Below are positions 9,938 through 24,130 of a stretch of DNA of 64,000 nt, piece after piece. The stretch's first letter is position 1; every line of letters starts with the position of its first letter. This stretch comes from Balanoglossus misakiensis (Eukaryota > Animalia > Hemichordata). Where the stretch lies: positions 1,612,318-1,676,317 of the forward strand of contig CM082585.2 of assembly GCA_040954595.2 (NCBI GenBank), written 5' to 3'. Under the pieces are notes generated by a model, which was given only the letters and a program-made list of their open reading frames with translations, had not been told where the DNA came from and did not search any database. Both the position numbers and the translations under genes were made by a program.

Positions 9938-10452
9938 GTAAGTATCATGTTAAACTATAGAGTTAAAGGTATATGATCACCCATGGAAAATTAGCTATAT
10001 ATAGTTACCATGGAAAATTGAAATCTAGCCAATCACAGATTTTCATTTGGTGGCACACGTGGAAAACAGGCGCCACCATATGTTCTTTAGAATGCTCAAA
10101 TACGCCATTCAGCCATATATGGGAATGTGTATTGAAGGTGACTGTATACTTTTAACCAAGATTTGTCATATTATTGACCTTTATACCGCAATGAATTTGC
10201 AGCAACAAAAAGTGGACAAAAAGCTGAATTTCATAATTGGATTTCATAATTTTGCCGTAATTCAATAATGAAATGTGGAGAAAGTCAGCAGACCAACTTT
10301 GCACTGTTATTATTTATTTTGGATTTGTTTCCCTCCTGCTAACAAAAGTGTCCTCTCACCTCATGGCATGAAGATGCATTGAATTCTGAGAAAAAGGGGA
10401 TTAATACTTGAGTGTATTTACAAAGACAAACAAGCTCACTGGTAGCATTTAA

Positions 10453-10559
10453 AGGGGAAGTCCGGTTCAGCTACATAATTGGGTAGCTTTGAGGTCATTC
10501 TTTCAGAAAAAAACATTGTGTAGAAATTATGCATAAATCAGCTGGACAGGACTTCCCTT
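10453..10559. mobile_element. 107-bp TTAA-flanked mini-MITE (Kolobok-like); a related left end starts at 257
   Basis: TTAA-AGGGGAAGTCC...GGACTTCCCTT-TTAA. The first ~70 bp match 257-330. Confidence 0.7.
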
Positions 10560-10792
10560 TTAATATTTCCAAGCAAGGCAATTGGTTTACTGCAACAATT
10601 ACTTTGAAAACACAGTGTAAAACAACAATCATGATATGAATGTTACTTTAATAGATAGTCATACTTATATAAGCATGACTGTCTATGTTGGTCTGTAAGT
10701 TGTATTTGAAAGAAAAGTTTCATGTACGAATAGTACAAAGATTGACATTTAGTCCACAAATCCCTGAAATGAGACAGCCACGACCTACCATT

Positions 10793-13700
10793 AACATTAA
10801 CCAGAGCACACAGTAACCAGGCCAGAGTGGCCAGTATCGTGCCCATTAATTTTGAGTGTTTGATGGGGGTCAACCTTTGCGTCAACATTAACCAGAGCAC
10901 ACAGTAACCAGGCCGTAGTGGACAGTGTTCTGCCCATTAATTTTGAGTGTTTGGTGGGGTCAACCTTTGCGTCAACATTAACCAGAGCACACAGTAACCA
11001 GGCCATAGTGGACAGTGTGCTGCCCATTAATTTTGAGTGTTTGGTGGGGTCAACCTTTGCGTCAACATTAACCAGAGCACACAGTAACCAGGCCGTAGTG
11101 GACAGTGTTCTGCCCATTAATTTTGAGTGTTTGGTGGGGTCAACCTTTGCGTCAACATTAACCAGAGCACACAGTAACCAGGCCGTAGTGGACAGTGTTC
11201 TGCCCATTAATTTTGAGTGTTTGGTGGGGTCAACCTTTGCGTCAACATTAACCAGAGCACACAGTAACCAGGCCGTAGTGGACAGTGTTCTGCCCATTAA
11301 TTTTGAGTGTTTGGTGGGGTCAACCTTTGCGTCAACATTAACTAGGCCAGAGTGGCCAGTATCGTGCCCATTAATTTTGAGTGTTTGGTGGGGTCAACCT
11401 TTGCGTCAACATTAACTAGGCCAGAGTGGCCAGTATCGTGCCCATTAATTTTGAGTGTTTGGTGGGGTCAACCTTTGCGTCAACATTAACTAGGCCAGAG
11501 TGGCCAGTATCGTGCCCATTAATTTTGAGTGTTTGGTGGGGTCAACCTTTGCGTCAACATTAACTAGGCCAGAGTGGCCAGAATCGTGCCCATTAATTTT
11601 GAGTGTTTGGTGGGGGTCAACCTTTGCGTCAACATTAACCAGAGCACACAGTAACCAGGCCGTAGTGGACAGTGTTCTGCCCATTAATTTTGAGTGTTTG
11701 GTGGGGTCAACCTTTGCGTCACCATTAACCAGAGCACACAGTAACCAGGCCATAGTGGACAGTGTGCTGCCCATTAATTTTGAGTGTTTGGTGGGGTCAA
11801 CCTTTGCGTCAACATTAACTAGGCCAGAGTGGCCAGTATCGTGCCCATTAATTTTGAGTGTTTGGTGGGGTCAACCTTTGCGTCAACATTAACTAGGCCA
11901 GAGTGGCCAGTATCGTGCCCATTAATTTTGAGTGTTTGGTGGGGTCAACCTTTGCGTCAACATTAACTAGGCCAGAGTGGCCAGTATCGTGCCCATTAAT
12001 TTTGAGTGTTTGGTGGGGTCAACCTTTGCGTCAACATTAACTAGGCCAGAGTGGCCAGAATCGTGCCCATTAATTTTGAGTGTTTGGTGGGGGTCAACCT
12101 TTGCGTCAACATTAACCAGAGCACACAGTAACCAGGCCGTAGTGGACAGTGTTCTGCCCATTAATTTTGAGTGTTTGGTGGGGTCAACCTTTGCGTCACC
12201 ATTAACCAGAGCACACAGTAACCAGGCCATAGTGGACAGTGTGCTGCCCATTAATTTTGAGTGTTTGGTGGGGTCAACCTTTGCGTCAACATTAACCAGA
12301 GCACACAGTAACCAGGCCATAGTGGACAGTGTTCTGCCCATTAATTTTGAGTGTTTGGTGGGGTCAACCTTTGCGTCAACATTAACCAGAGCACACAGTA
12401 ACCAGGCCGTAGTGGACAGTGTTCTGCCCATTAATTTTGAGTGTTTGGTGGGGTCAACCTTTGCGTCAACATTAACCAGAGCACACAGTAACCAGGCCGT
12501 AGTGGACAGTGTTCTGCCCATTAATTTTGAGTGTTTGGTGGGGTCAACCTTTGCGTCAACATTAACCAGAGCACACAGTAACCAGGCCTTAGTGGACAGT
12601 GTTCTGCCCATTAATTTTGAGTGTTTGGTGGGGTCAACCTTTGCGTCAACATTAACCAGAGCACACAGTAACCAGGCCGTAGTGGACAGTGTTCTGCCCA
12701 TTAATTTTGAGTGTTTGGTGGGGTCAACCTTTGCGTCAACATTAACCAGAGCACACAGTAACCAGGCCATAGTGGACAGTGTGCTGCCCATTAATTTTGA
12801 GTGTTTGGTGGGGTCAACCTTTGCGTCAACATTAACCAGAGCACACAGTAACCAGGCCGTAGTGGACAGTGTTCTGCCCATTAATTTTGAGTGTTTGGTG
12901 GGGTCAACCTTTGCGTCAACATTAACCAGAGCACACAGTAACCAGGCCTTAGTGGACAGTGTTCTGCCCATTAATTTTGAGTGTTTGGTGGGGTCAACCT
13001 TTGCGTCAACATTAACCAGAGCACACAGTAACCAGGCCGTAGTGGACAGTGTTCTGCCCATTAATTTTGAGTGTTTGGTGGGGTCAACCTTTGCGTCAAC
13101 ATTAACCAGAGCACACAGTAACCAGGCCAGAGTGGCCAGTATCGTGCCCATTAATTTTGAGTGTTTGATGGGGGTCAACCTTTGCGTCAACATTAACCAG
13201 AGCACACAGTAACCAGGCCGTAGTGGACAGTGTTCTGCCCATTAATTTTGAGTGTTTGGTGGGGTCAACCTTTGCGTCAACATTAACCAGAGCACACAGT
13301 AACCAGGCCGTAGTGGACAGTGTTCTGCCCATTAATTTTGAGTGTTTGGTGGGGTCAACCTTTGCGTCAACATTAACCAGAGCACACAGTAACCAGGCCT
13401 TAGTGGACAGTGTTCTGCCCATTAATTTTGAGTGTTTGGTGGGGTCAACCTTTGCGTCAACATTAACCAGAGCACACAGTAACCAGGCCGTAGTGGACAG
13501 TGTTCTGCCCATTAATTTTGAGTGTTTGGTGGGGTCAACCTTTGCGTCAACATTAACCAGAGCACACAGTAACCAGGCCATAGTGGACAGTGTGCTGCCC
13601 ATTAATTTTGAGTGTTTGGTGGGGTCAACCTTTGCGTCAACATTAACCAGAGCACACAGTAACCAGGCCGTAGTGGACAGTGTTCTGCCCATTAATTTTG

Positions 13701-16700
13701 AGTGTTTGGTGGGGTCAACCTTTGCGTCAACATTAACCAGAGCACACAGTAACCAGGCCTTAGTGGACAGTGTTCTGCCCATTAATTTTGAGTGTTTGGT
13801 GGGGTCAACCTTTGCGTCAACATTAACCAGAGCACACAGTAACCAGGCCGTAGTGGACAGTGTTCTGCCCATTAATTTTGAGTGTTTGGTGGGGTCAACC
13901 TTTGCGTCAACATTAACCAGAGCACACAGTAACCAGGCCAGAGTGGCCAGTATCGTGCCCATTAATTTTGAGTGTTTGATGGGGGTCAACCTTTGCGTCA
14001 ACATTAACCAGAGCACACAGTAACCAGGCCGTAGTGGACAGTGTTCTGCCCATTAATTTTGAGTGTTTGGTGGGGTCAACCTTTGCGTCAACATTAACCA
14101 GAGCACACAGTAACAAGGCCATAGTGGACAGTGTGCTGCCCATTAATTTTGAGTGTTTGGTGGGGTCAACCTTTGCGTCAACATTAACCAGAGCACACAG
14201 TAACCAGGCCGTAGTGGACAGTGTTCTGCCCATTAATTTTGAGTGTTTGGTGGGGTCAACCTTTGCGTCAACATTAACCAGAGCACACAGTAACCAGGCC
14301 GTAGTGGACAGTGTTCTGCCCATTAATTTTGAGTGTTTGGTGGGGTCAACCTTTGCGTCAACATTAACCAGAGCACACAGTAACCAGGCCGTAGTGGACA
14401 GTGTTCTGCCCATTAATTTTGAGTGTTTGGTGGGGTCAACCTTTGCGTCAACATTAACCAGAGCACACAGTAACCAGGCCATAGTGGACAGTGTGCTGCC
14501 CATTAATTTTGAGTGTTTGGTGGGGTCAACCTTTGCGTCAACATTAACCAGAGCACACAGTAACCAGGCCGTAGTGGACAGTGTTCTGCCCATTAATTTT
14601 GAGTGTTTGGTGGGGTCAACCTTTGCGTCAACATTAACCAGAGCACACAGTAACCAGGCCATAGTGGACAGTGTTCTGCCCATTAATTTTGAGTGTTTGG
14701 TGGGGTCAACCTTTGCGTCAACATTAACCAGAGCACACAGTAACCAGGCCGTAGTGGACAGTGTTCTGCCCATTAATTTTGAGTGTTTGGTGGGGTCAAC
14801 CTTTGCGTCAACATTAACCAGAGCACACAGTAACCAGGCCAGAGTGGCCAGTATCGTGCCCATTAATTTTGAGTGTTTGATGGGGGTCAACCTTTGCGTC
14901 AACATTAACCAGAGCACACAGTAACCAGGCCGTAGTGGACAGTGTTCTGCCCATTAATTTTGAGTGTTTGGTGGGGTCAACCTTTGCGTCAACATTAACC
15001 AGAGCACACAGTAACCAGGCCATAGTGGACAGTGTGCTGCCCATTAATTTTGAGTGTTTGGTGGGGTCAACCTTTGCGTCAACATTAACCAGAGCACACA
15101 GTAACCAGGCCGTAGTGGACAGTGTTCTGCCCATTAATTTTGAGTGTTTGGTGGGGTCAACCTTTGCGTCAACATTAACCAGAGCACACAGTAACCAGGC
15201 CGTAGTGGACAGTGTTCTGCCCATTAATTTTGAGTGTTTGGTGGGGTCAACCTTTGCGTCAACATTAACCAGAGCACACAGTAACCAGGCCGTAGTGGAC
15301 AGTGTTCTGCCCATTAATTTTGAGTGTTTGGTGGGGTCAACCTTTGCGTCAACATTAACTAGGCCAGAGTGGCCAGTATCGTGCCCATTAATTTTGAGTG
15401 TTTGGTGGGGTCAACCTTTGCGTCAACATTAACTAGGCAAGAGTGGCCAGTATCGTGCCCATTAATTTTGAGTGTTTGGTGGGGTCAACCTTTGCGTCAA
15501 CATTAACTAGGCCAGAGTGGCCAGTATCGTGCCCATTAATTTTGAGTGTTTGGTGGGGTCAACCTTTGCGTCAACATTAACCAGAGCACACAGTAACCAG
15601 GCCGTAGTGGACAGTGTTCTGCCCATTAATTTTGAGTGTTTGGTGGGGTCAACCTTTGCGTCAACATTAACCAGAGCACACAGTAACCAGGCCATAGTGG
15701 ACAGTGTGCTGCCCATTAATTTTGAGTGTTTGGTGGGGTCAACCTTTGCGTCAACATTAACCAGAGCACACAGTAACCAGGCCATAGTGGACAGTGTTCT
15801 GCCCATTAATTTTGAGTGTTTGGTGGGGTCAACCTTTGCGTCAACATTAACCAGAGCACACAGTAACCAGGCCGTAGTGGACAGTGTTCTGCCCATTAAT
15901 TTTGAGTGTTTGGTTGGGTCAACCTTTGCGTCAACATTAACCAGAGCACACAGTAACCAGGCCGTAGTGGACAGTGTTCTGCCCATTAATTTTGAGTGTT
16001 TGGTGGGGTCAACCTTTGCGTCAACATTAACCAGAGCACACAGTAACCAGGCCATAGTGGACAGTGTTCTGCCCATTAATTTTGAGTGTTTGGTGGGGTC
16101 AACCTTTGCGTCAACATTAACCAGAGCACACAGTAACCAGGCCGTAGTGGACAGTGTTCTGCCCATTAATTTTGAGTGTTTGGTGGGGTCAACCTTTGCG
16201 TCAACATTAACCAGAGCACACAGTAACCAGGCCATAGTGGACAGTGTGCTGCCCATTAATTTTGAGTGTTTGGTGGGGTCAACCTTTGCGTCAACATTAA
16301 CCAGAGCACACAGTAACCAGGCCGTAGTGGACAGTGTTCTGCCCATTAATTTTGAGTGTTTGGTGGGGTCAACCTTTGCGTCAACATTAACCAGAGCACA
16401 CAGTAACCAGGCCATAGTGGACAGTGTTCTGCCCATTAATTTTGAGTGTTTGGTGGGGTCAACATTTGCGTCAACATTAACCAGAGCACACAGTAACCAG
16501 GCCGTAGTGGACAGTGTTCTGCCCATTAATTTTAAGTGTTTGGTGGGGTCAACCTTTGCGTCAACATTAACCAGAGCACACAGTAACCAGGCCGTAGTGG
16601 ACAGTGTTCTGCCCATTAATTTTGAGTGTTTGGTGGGGTCAACCTTTGCGTCAACATTAACCAGAGCACACAGTAACCAGGCCGTAGTGGACAGTGTTCT

Positions 16701-19700
16701 GCCCATTAATTTTGAGTGTTTGGTGGGGTCAACCTTTGCGTCAACATTAACCAGAGCACACAGTAACCAGGCCATAGTGGACAGTGTGCTGCCCATTAAT
16801 TTTGAGTGTTTGGTGGGGTCAACCTTTGCGTCAACATTAACCAGAGCACACAGTAACCAGGCCATAGTGGACAGTGTTCTGCCCATTAATTTTGAGTGTT
16901 TGGTGGGGTCAACCTTTGCGTCAACATTAACCAGAGCACACAGTAACCAGGCCGTAGTGGACAGTGTTCTGCCCATTAATTTTGAGTGTTTGGTGGGGTC
17001 AACCTTTGCGTCAACATTAACCAGAGCACACAGTAACCAGGCCGTAGTGGACAGTGTTCTGCCCATTAATTTTGAGTGTTTGGTGGGGTCAACCTTTGCG
17101 TCAACATTAACCAGAGCACACAGTAACCAGGCCGTAGTGGACAGTGTTCTGCCCATTAATTTTGAGTGTTTGGTGGGGTCAACCTTTGCGTCAACATTAA
17201 CCAGAGCACACAGTAACCAGGCCATAGTGGACAGTGTTCTGCCCATTAGTTTTGAGTGTTTGGTGGGGTCAACCTTTGCGTCAACATTAACCAGAGCACA
17301 CAGTAACCAGGCCGTAGTGGACAGTGTTCTGCCCATTAATTTTGAGTGTTTGGTGGGGTCAACCTTTGCGTCAACATTAACCAGAGCACACAGTAACCAG
17401 GCCATAGTGGACAGTGTTCTGCCCATTAATTTTGAGTGTTTGGTGGGGTCAACCTTTGCGTCAACATTAACCAGAGCACACAGTAACCAGGCCGTAGTGG
17501 ACAGTGTTCTGCCCATTAATTTTGAGTGTTTGGTGGGGTCAACCTTTGCGTCAACATTAACCAGAGCACACAGTAACCAGGCCATAGTGGACAGTGTTCT
17601 GCCCATTAATTTTGAGTGTTTGGTGGGGTCAACCTTTGCGTCAACATTAACCAGAGCACACAGTAACCAGGCCATAGTGGACAGTGTGCTGCCCATTAAT
17701 TTTGAGTGTTTGGTGGGGTCAACCTTTGCGTCAACATTAACCAGAGCACACAGTAACCAGGCCATAGTGGACAGTGTTCTGCCCATTAATTTTGAGTGTT
17801 TGGTGGGGTCAACCTTTGCGTCAACATTAACCAGAGCACACAGTAACCAGGCCGTAGTGGACAGTGTTCTGCCCATTAATTTTGAGTGTTTGGTGGGGTC
17901 AACCTTTGCGTCAACATTAACCAGAGCACACAGTAACCAGGCCGTAGTGGACAGTGTTCTGCCCATTAATTTTGAGTGTTTGGTGGGGTCAACCTTTGCG
18001 TCAACATTAACCAGAGCACACAGTAACCAGGCCAGAGTGGACAGTGTTCTGCCCATTAATTTTGAGTGTTTGGTGGGGTCAACCTTTGCGTCAACATTAA
18101 CCAGAGCACACAGTAACCAGGCCGTAGTGGACAGTGTTCTGCCCATTAATTTTGAGTGTTTGGTGGGGTCAACCTTTGCGTCAACATTAACCAGAGCACA
18201 CAGTAACCAGGCCGTAGTGGACAGTGTTCTGCCCATTAATTTTGAGTGTTTGGTGGGGTCAACCTTTGCGTCAACATTAACCAGAGCACACAGTAACCAG
18301 GCCGTAGTGGACAGTGTTCTGCCCATTAATTTTGAGTGTTTGGTGGGGTCAACCTTTGCGTCAACATTAACCAGAGCACACAGTAACCAGGCCATAGTGG
18401 ACAGTGTGCTGCCCATTAATTTTGAGTGTTTGGTGGGGTCAACCTTTGCGTCAACATTAACCAGAGCACACAGTAACCAGGCCATAGTGGACAGTGTTCT
18501 GCCCATTAATTTTGAGTGTTTGGTGGGGTCAACCTTTGCGTCAACATTAACCAGAGCACACAGTAACCAGGCCGTAGTGGACAGTGTTCTGCCCATTAAT
18601 TTTGAGTGTTTGGTGGGGTCAACCTTTGCGTCAACATTAACCAGAGCACACAGTAACCAGGCCGTAGTGGACAGTGTTCTGCCCATTAATTTTGAGTGTT
18701 TGGTGGGGTCAACCTTTGCGTCAACATTAACCAGAGCACACAGTAACCAGGCCATAGTGGACAGTGTGCTGCCCATTAATTTTGAGTGTTTGGTGGGGTC
18801 AACCTTTGCGTCAACATTAACCAGAGCACAGAGTAACCAGGCCATAGTGGACAGTGTTCTGCCCATTAATTTTGAGTGTTTGGTGGGGTCAACCTTTGCG
18901 TCAACATTAATCAGAGCACACAGTAACCAGGCCGTAGTGGACAGTGTTCTGCCCATTAATTTTGAGTGTTTGGTGGGGTCAACCTTTGCGTCAACATTAA
19001 CCAGAGCCACGGTTACTAGAAGAAGACGGTTAGGAAACTATTTTTTCTCCATTGTTAGATGCTCGCCTCGGTAAACACTTAGTGTAAACGAAAGATATCA
19101 GGTGCTAACGAGCCTGGCCGTACGAATAATGACGTCATTCCCCCACAATCCAAAGCAAACCATACTCGTGTTTACGGAATTGCTTGCACGCACAGTACGT
19201 AGACCACCAGAATTGAAGAAAACAGAACAGAGGATGGATAATTTATAAAGTCACAACACATTTATGACAATTTTGAACTTTCAAGGACATGATGAAGCCA
19301 TACATTCTTTGTCTTGACTGTGCCCTAGAGATTCGATGCGAACCAAAACAAACAAGATGGCCGCCAAAGGCTATATCGATAATGTTAAATTAACGACTGT
19401 ATCGAAATGGGTATGCAATGAATCTCAACGAAATATTCCAATTGGAATAAACGAAATAGCCCATGCAATACAAAAAGGTGTAAAATATCTAAATATATTT
19501 AAAAAAAACAGAAATGCGACCATCAGGGTTGAATTCTAGGGGTTCAAAATTCGACGCTATTTGAATCCGGATTTTAAGTTAACCACCCAAGAAACAATGG
19601 TAGAGTGTCGCAAGCCCAACAGACTATGACCGTGCACTCCATAAGCCTATATGGAATTCGTACAAAAAAAAAGTGGCGCTGTACTCTGACGAAAAAGGGC

Positions 19701-22700
19701 AGATGAAGGGGTTCAAAAATTAGCTACGTTCCCCAATACAACCCCACATAGCGGTTCGGACATGGACTCTCCTAGCTAACACCTCGTTCACACCTTCCGA
19801 ACAATAGAGTTTCCTAACCGTCTTCTTCTAGTAACCGTGCCAGAGCACACAGTAACCAGGCCATAGTGGACAGTGTTCTGCCCATTAATTTTGAGTGTTT
19901 GGTGGGGTCAACATTTGCGTCAACATTAACCAGAGCACACAGTAACCAGGCCGTAGTGGACAGTGTTCTGCCCATTAATTTTGAGTGTTTGGTGGGGTCA
20001 ACCTTTGCGTCAACATTAACTAGGCCAGAGTGGCCAGTATCGTGCCCATTAATTTTGAGTGTTTGGTGGGGTCAACCTTTGCGTCAACATTAACTAGGCC
20101 AGAGTGGCCAGTATCATGCCCATTAATTTTGAGTGTTTGGTGGGGTCAACCTTTGCGTCAACATTAACTAGGCCAGAGTGGCCAGTATCCTGCCCATTAA
20201 TTTTGAGTGTTTGGTGGGGTCAACCTTTGCATCAACATTAACCAGGCCAGAGTGGCCAGTGTCGTGCCCATTAATTTTGAGTTTTTGGTGGGGTCAACCT
20301 TGGCATCAACATTAACTAGGCCAGAGTGGCCAGTATCGTGCCCATTAATTTTGAGTGTTTGGTGGGGTCAACCTTTGCGTCAACATTAACTAGGCCAGAG
20401 TGGCCAGTATCGTGCCCATTAATTTTGAGTGTTTGGTGGGGGTCAACCTTTGCGTCAACATTAACCAGAGCACACAGTAACCAGGCCGTAGTGGACAGTG
20501 TTCTGCCCATTAATTTTGAGTGTTTGGTGGGGTCAACCTTTGCGTCAACATTAACTAGGCCAGAGTGGCCAGTATCGTGCCCATTAATTTTGTGTGTTTG
20601 GTGGGGTCAACCTTTGCGTCAACATTAACTAGGCCAGAGTGGCCAGTATCATGCCCATTAATTTTGAGTGTTTGGTGGGGTCAACCTTTGCGTCAACATT
20701 AACTAGGCCAGAGTGGCCAGTATCCTGCCCATTAATTTTGAGTGTTTGGTGGGGTCAACCTTTGCATCAACATTAACCAGGCCAGAGTGGCCAGTGTCAT
20801 GCCCATTAATTTTGAGTTTTTGGTGGGGTCAACCTTGGCATCAACATTAACTAGGCCAGAGTGGCCAGTATCGTGCCCATTAATTTTGAGTGTTTGGTGG
20901 GGTCAACCTTTGCGTCAACATTAACTAGGCCAGAGTGGCCAGTATCGTGCCCATTAATTTTGAGTGTTTGGTGGGGGTCAACCTTTGCGTCAACATTAAC
21001 CAGAGCACACAGTAACCAGGCCGTAGTGGACAGTGTTCTGCCCATTAATTTTGAGTGTTTGGTGGGGTCAACCTTTGCGTCAACATTAACCAGAGCACAC
21101 AGTAACCAGGCCTTAGTGGACAGTGTGCTGCCCATTAATTTTGAGTGTTTGGTGGGGTCAACCTTTGCGTCAACATTAACCAGAGCACACAGTAACCAGG
21201 CCATAGTGGACAGTGTTCTGCCCATTAATTTTGAGTGTTTGGTGGGGTCAACCTTTGCGTCAACATTAACCAGAGCACACAGTAACCAGGCCGTAGTGGA
21301 CAGTGTTCTGCCCATTAATTTTGAGTGTTTGGTGGGGTCAACCTTTGCGTCAACATTAACCAGAGCACACAGTAACCAGGCCGTAGTGGACAGTGTTCTG
21401 CCCATTAATTTTGAGTGTTTGGTGGGGTCAACCTTTGCGTCAACATTAACCAGAGCACACAGTAACCAGGCCATAGTGGACAGTGTTCTGCCCATTAATT
21501 TTGAGTGTTTGGTGGGGTCAACCTTTGCGTCAACATTAACCAGAGCACACAGTAACCAGGCCGTAGTGGACAGTGTTCTGCCCATTAATTTTGAGTGTTT
21601 GGTGGGGTCAACCTTTGCGTCAACATTAACCAGAGCACACAGTAACCAGGCCATAGTGGACAGTATGCTGCCCATTGATTTTGAGTGTTTGGTGGCGTCA
21701 ACCTTTGCGTCAACATTAACCAGAGCACACAATAACCAGGCCGTAGTGGACAGTGTTCTGCCCATTAATTTTGAGTGTTTGGTGGGGTCAACCTTTGCGT
21801 CAACATTAACCAGAGCACACAGTAACCAGGCCATAGTGGACAGTGTTCTGCCCATTAATTTTGAGTGTTTGGTGGGGTCAACCTTTGCGTCAACATTAAC
21901 CAGAGCACACAGTAACCAGGCCGTAGTGGACAGTGTGCTGCCCATTAATTTTGAGTGTTTGGTGGGGTCAACCTTTGCGTCAACATTAACTAGGCCAGAG
22001 TGGCCAGTATCGTGCCCATTAATTTTGAGTGTTTGGTGGGGGTCAACCTTTGCGTCAACATTAACTAGGCCAGAGTGGCCAGTATCCTGCCCATTAATTT
22101 TGAGTGTTTGGTGGGGTCAACCTTTGCATCAACATTAACCAGAGCACACAGTAACCAGGCCATAGTGGACAGTGTTCTGCCCATTAATTTTGAGTGTTTG
22201 GTGGGGTCAACCTTTGCATCAACATTAACCAGAGCACACAGTAACCAGGCCGTAGTGGACAGTGTGCTGCCCATTAATTTTGAGTGTTTGCTGGGGTCAA
22301 CCTTTGCGTCAACATTAACCAGAGCACACAGTAACCAGGCCATAGTGGACAGTATGCTGCCCATTGATTTTGAGTGTTTGGTGGGGTCAACCTTTGCGTC
22401 AACATTAACTAGGCCAGAGTGGCCAGTATCGTGCCCATTAATTTTGAGTGTTTGGTGGGGGTCAACCTTTGCGTCAACATTAACCAGAGCACACAGTAAC
22501 CAGGCCGTAGTGGACAGTGTTCTGCCCATTAATTTTGAGTGTTTGGTGGGGTCAACCTTTGCGTCAACATTAACCAGAGCACACAGTAACCAGGCCTTAG
22601 TGGACAGTGTGCTGCCCATTAATTTTGAGTGTTTGGTGGGGTCAACCTTTGCGTCAACATTAACCAGAGCACACAGTAACCAGGCCATAGTGGACAGTGT

Positions 22701-24130
22701 TCTGCCCATTAATTTTGAGTGTTTGGTGGGGTCAACCTTTGCGTCAACATTAACCAGAGCACACAGTAACCAGGCCGTAGTGGACAGTGTTCTGCCCATT
22801 AATTTTGAGTGTTTGGTGGGGTCAACCTTTGCGTCAACATTAACCAGAGCACACAGTAACCAGGCCGTAGTGGACAGTGTTCTGCCCATTAATTTTGAGT
22901 GTTTGGTGGGGTCAACCTTTGCGTCAACATTAACCAGAGCACACAGTAACCAGGCCATAGTGGACAGTGTTCTGCCCATTAATTTTGAGTGTTTGGTGGG
23001 GTCAACCTTTGCGTCAACATTAACCAGAGCACACAGTAACCAGGCCGTAGTGGACAGTGTTCTGCCCATTAATTTTGAGTGTTTGGTGGGGTCAACCTTT
23101 GCGTCAACATTAACCAGAGCACACAGTAACCAGGCCGTAGTGGACAGTGTTCTGCCCATTAATTTTGAGTGTTTGGTGGGGTCAACCTTTGCGTCAACAT
23201 TAACCAGAGCACACAGTAACCAGGCCATAGTGGACAGTATGCTGCCCATTGATTTTGAGTGTTTGGTGGGGTCAACCTTTGCGTCAACATTAACCAGAGC
23301 ACACAGTAACCAGGCCATAGTGGACAGTGTTCTGCCCATTAATTTTGAGTGTTTGGTGGGGTCAACCTTTGCGTCAACATTAACCAGAGCACACAGTAAC
23401 CAGGCCGTAGTGGACAGTGTGCTGCCCATTAATTTTGAGTGTTTGGTGGGGTCAACCTTTGCGTCAACATTAACTAGGCCAGAGTGGCCAGTATCGTGCC
23501 CATTAATTTTGAGTGTTTGGTGGGGGTCAACCTTTGCGTCAACATTAACTAGGCCAGAGTGGCCAGTATCCTGCCCATTAATTTTGAGTGTTTGGTGGGG
23601 TCAACCTTTGCGTCAACATTAACCAGAGCACACAGTAACCAGGCCGTAGTGGACAGTGTTCTGCCCATTAATTTTGAGTGTTTGGTGGGGTCAACCTTTG
23701 CGTCAACATTAACCAGAGCACACAGTAACCAGGCCATAGTGGACAGTATGCTGCCCATTGATTTTGAGTGTTTGGTGGCGTCAACCTTTGCGTCAACATT
23801 AACCAGAGCACACAATAACCAGGCCGTAGTGGACAGTGTTCTGCCCATTAATTTTGAGTGTTTGGTGGGGTCAACCTTTGCGTCAACATTAACCAGAGCA
23901 CACAGTAACCAGGCCATAGTGGACAGTGTTCTGCCCATTAATTTTGAGTGTTTGGTGGGGTCAACCTTTGCGTCAACATTAACCAGAGCACACAGTAACC
24001 AGGCCGTAGTGGACAGTGTGCTGCCCATTAATTTTGAGTGTTTGGTGGGGTCAACCTTTGCGTCAACATTAAGCAGGCCAGACAGTAACCAGGCCAGAGT
24101 GGACAGTATCCTGCCTATTAATTTTGAGTG
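10793..24130. repeat. Satellite array, roughly 140 units of a 90-bp monomer and a 74-bp variant, with higher-order repeats
   Basis: Monomer CCAGAGCACACAGTAACCAGGCCRTAGTGGACAGTGTTCTGCCCATTAATTTTGAGTGTTTGGTGGGGTCAACCTTTGCGTCAACATTAA. The 74-bp form lacks 16 bp. Interrupted at 19008-19839. Confidence 0.99.
19008..19839. mobile_element. 832-bp non-autonomous DNA transposon with 32-bp perfect TIRs and 7-bp TSD (P-superfamily-like)
   Basis: TIR CACGGTTACTAGAAGAAGACGGTTAGGAAACT. TSD CCAGAGC at 19001-19007 and 19840-19846. The satellite monomer gives the empty site. No transposase ORF. The superfamily call is inference. Confidence 0.92.

Noticed and set aside
19008-19839. MITE length (832 bp) equals the LTR length
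   Set aside because: No sequence similarity between them; coincidence.
10793-24130. Satellite as a ribozyme array or RAG recombination-signal array (CACAGTA heptamer-like; CAGAGCAC/GTGTTCTG stem)
   Set aside because: No hammerhead core (CTGATGA...GAAA) on either strand, no nonamer at 12/23 spacing, and the short stems are within chance expectation.
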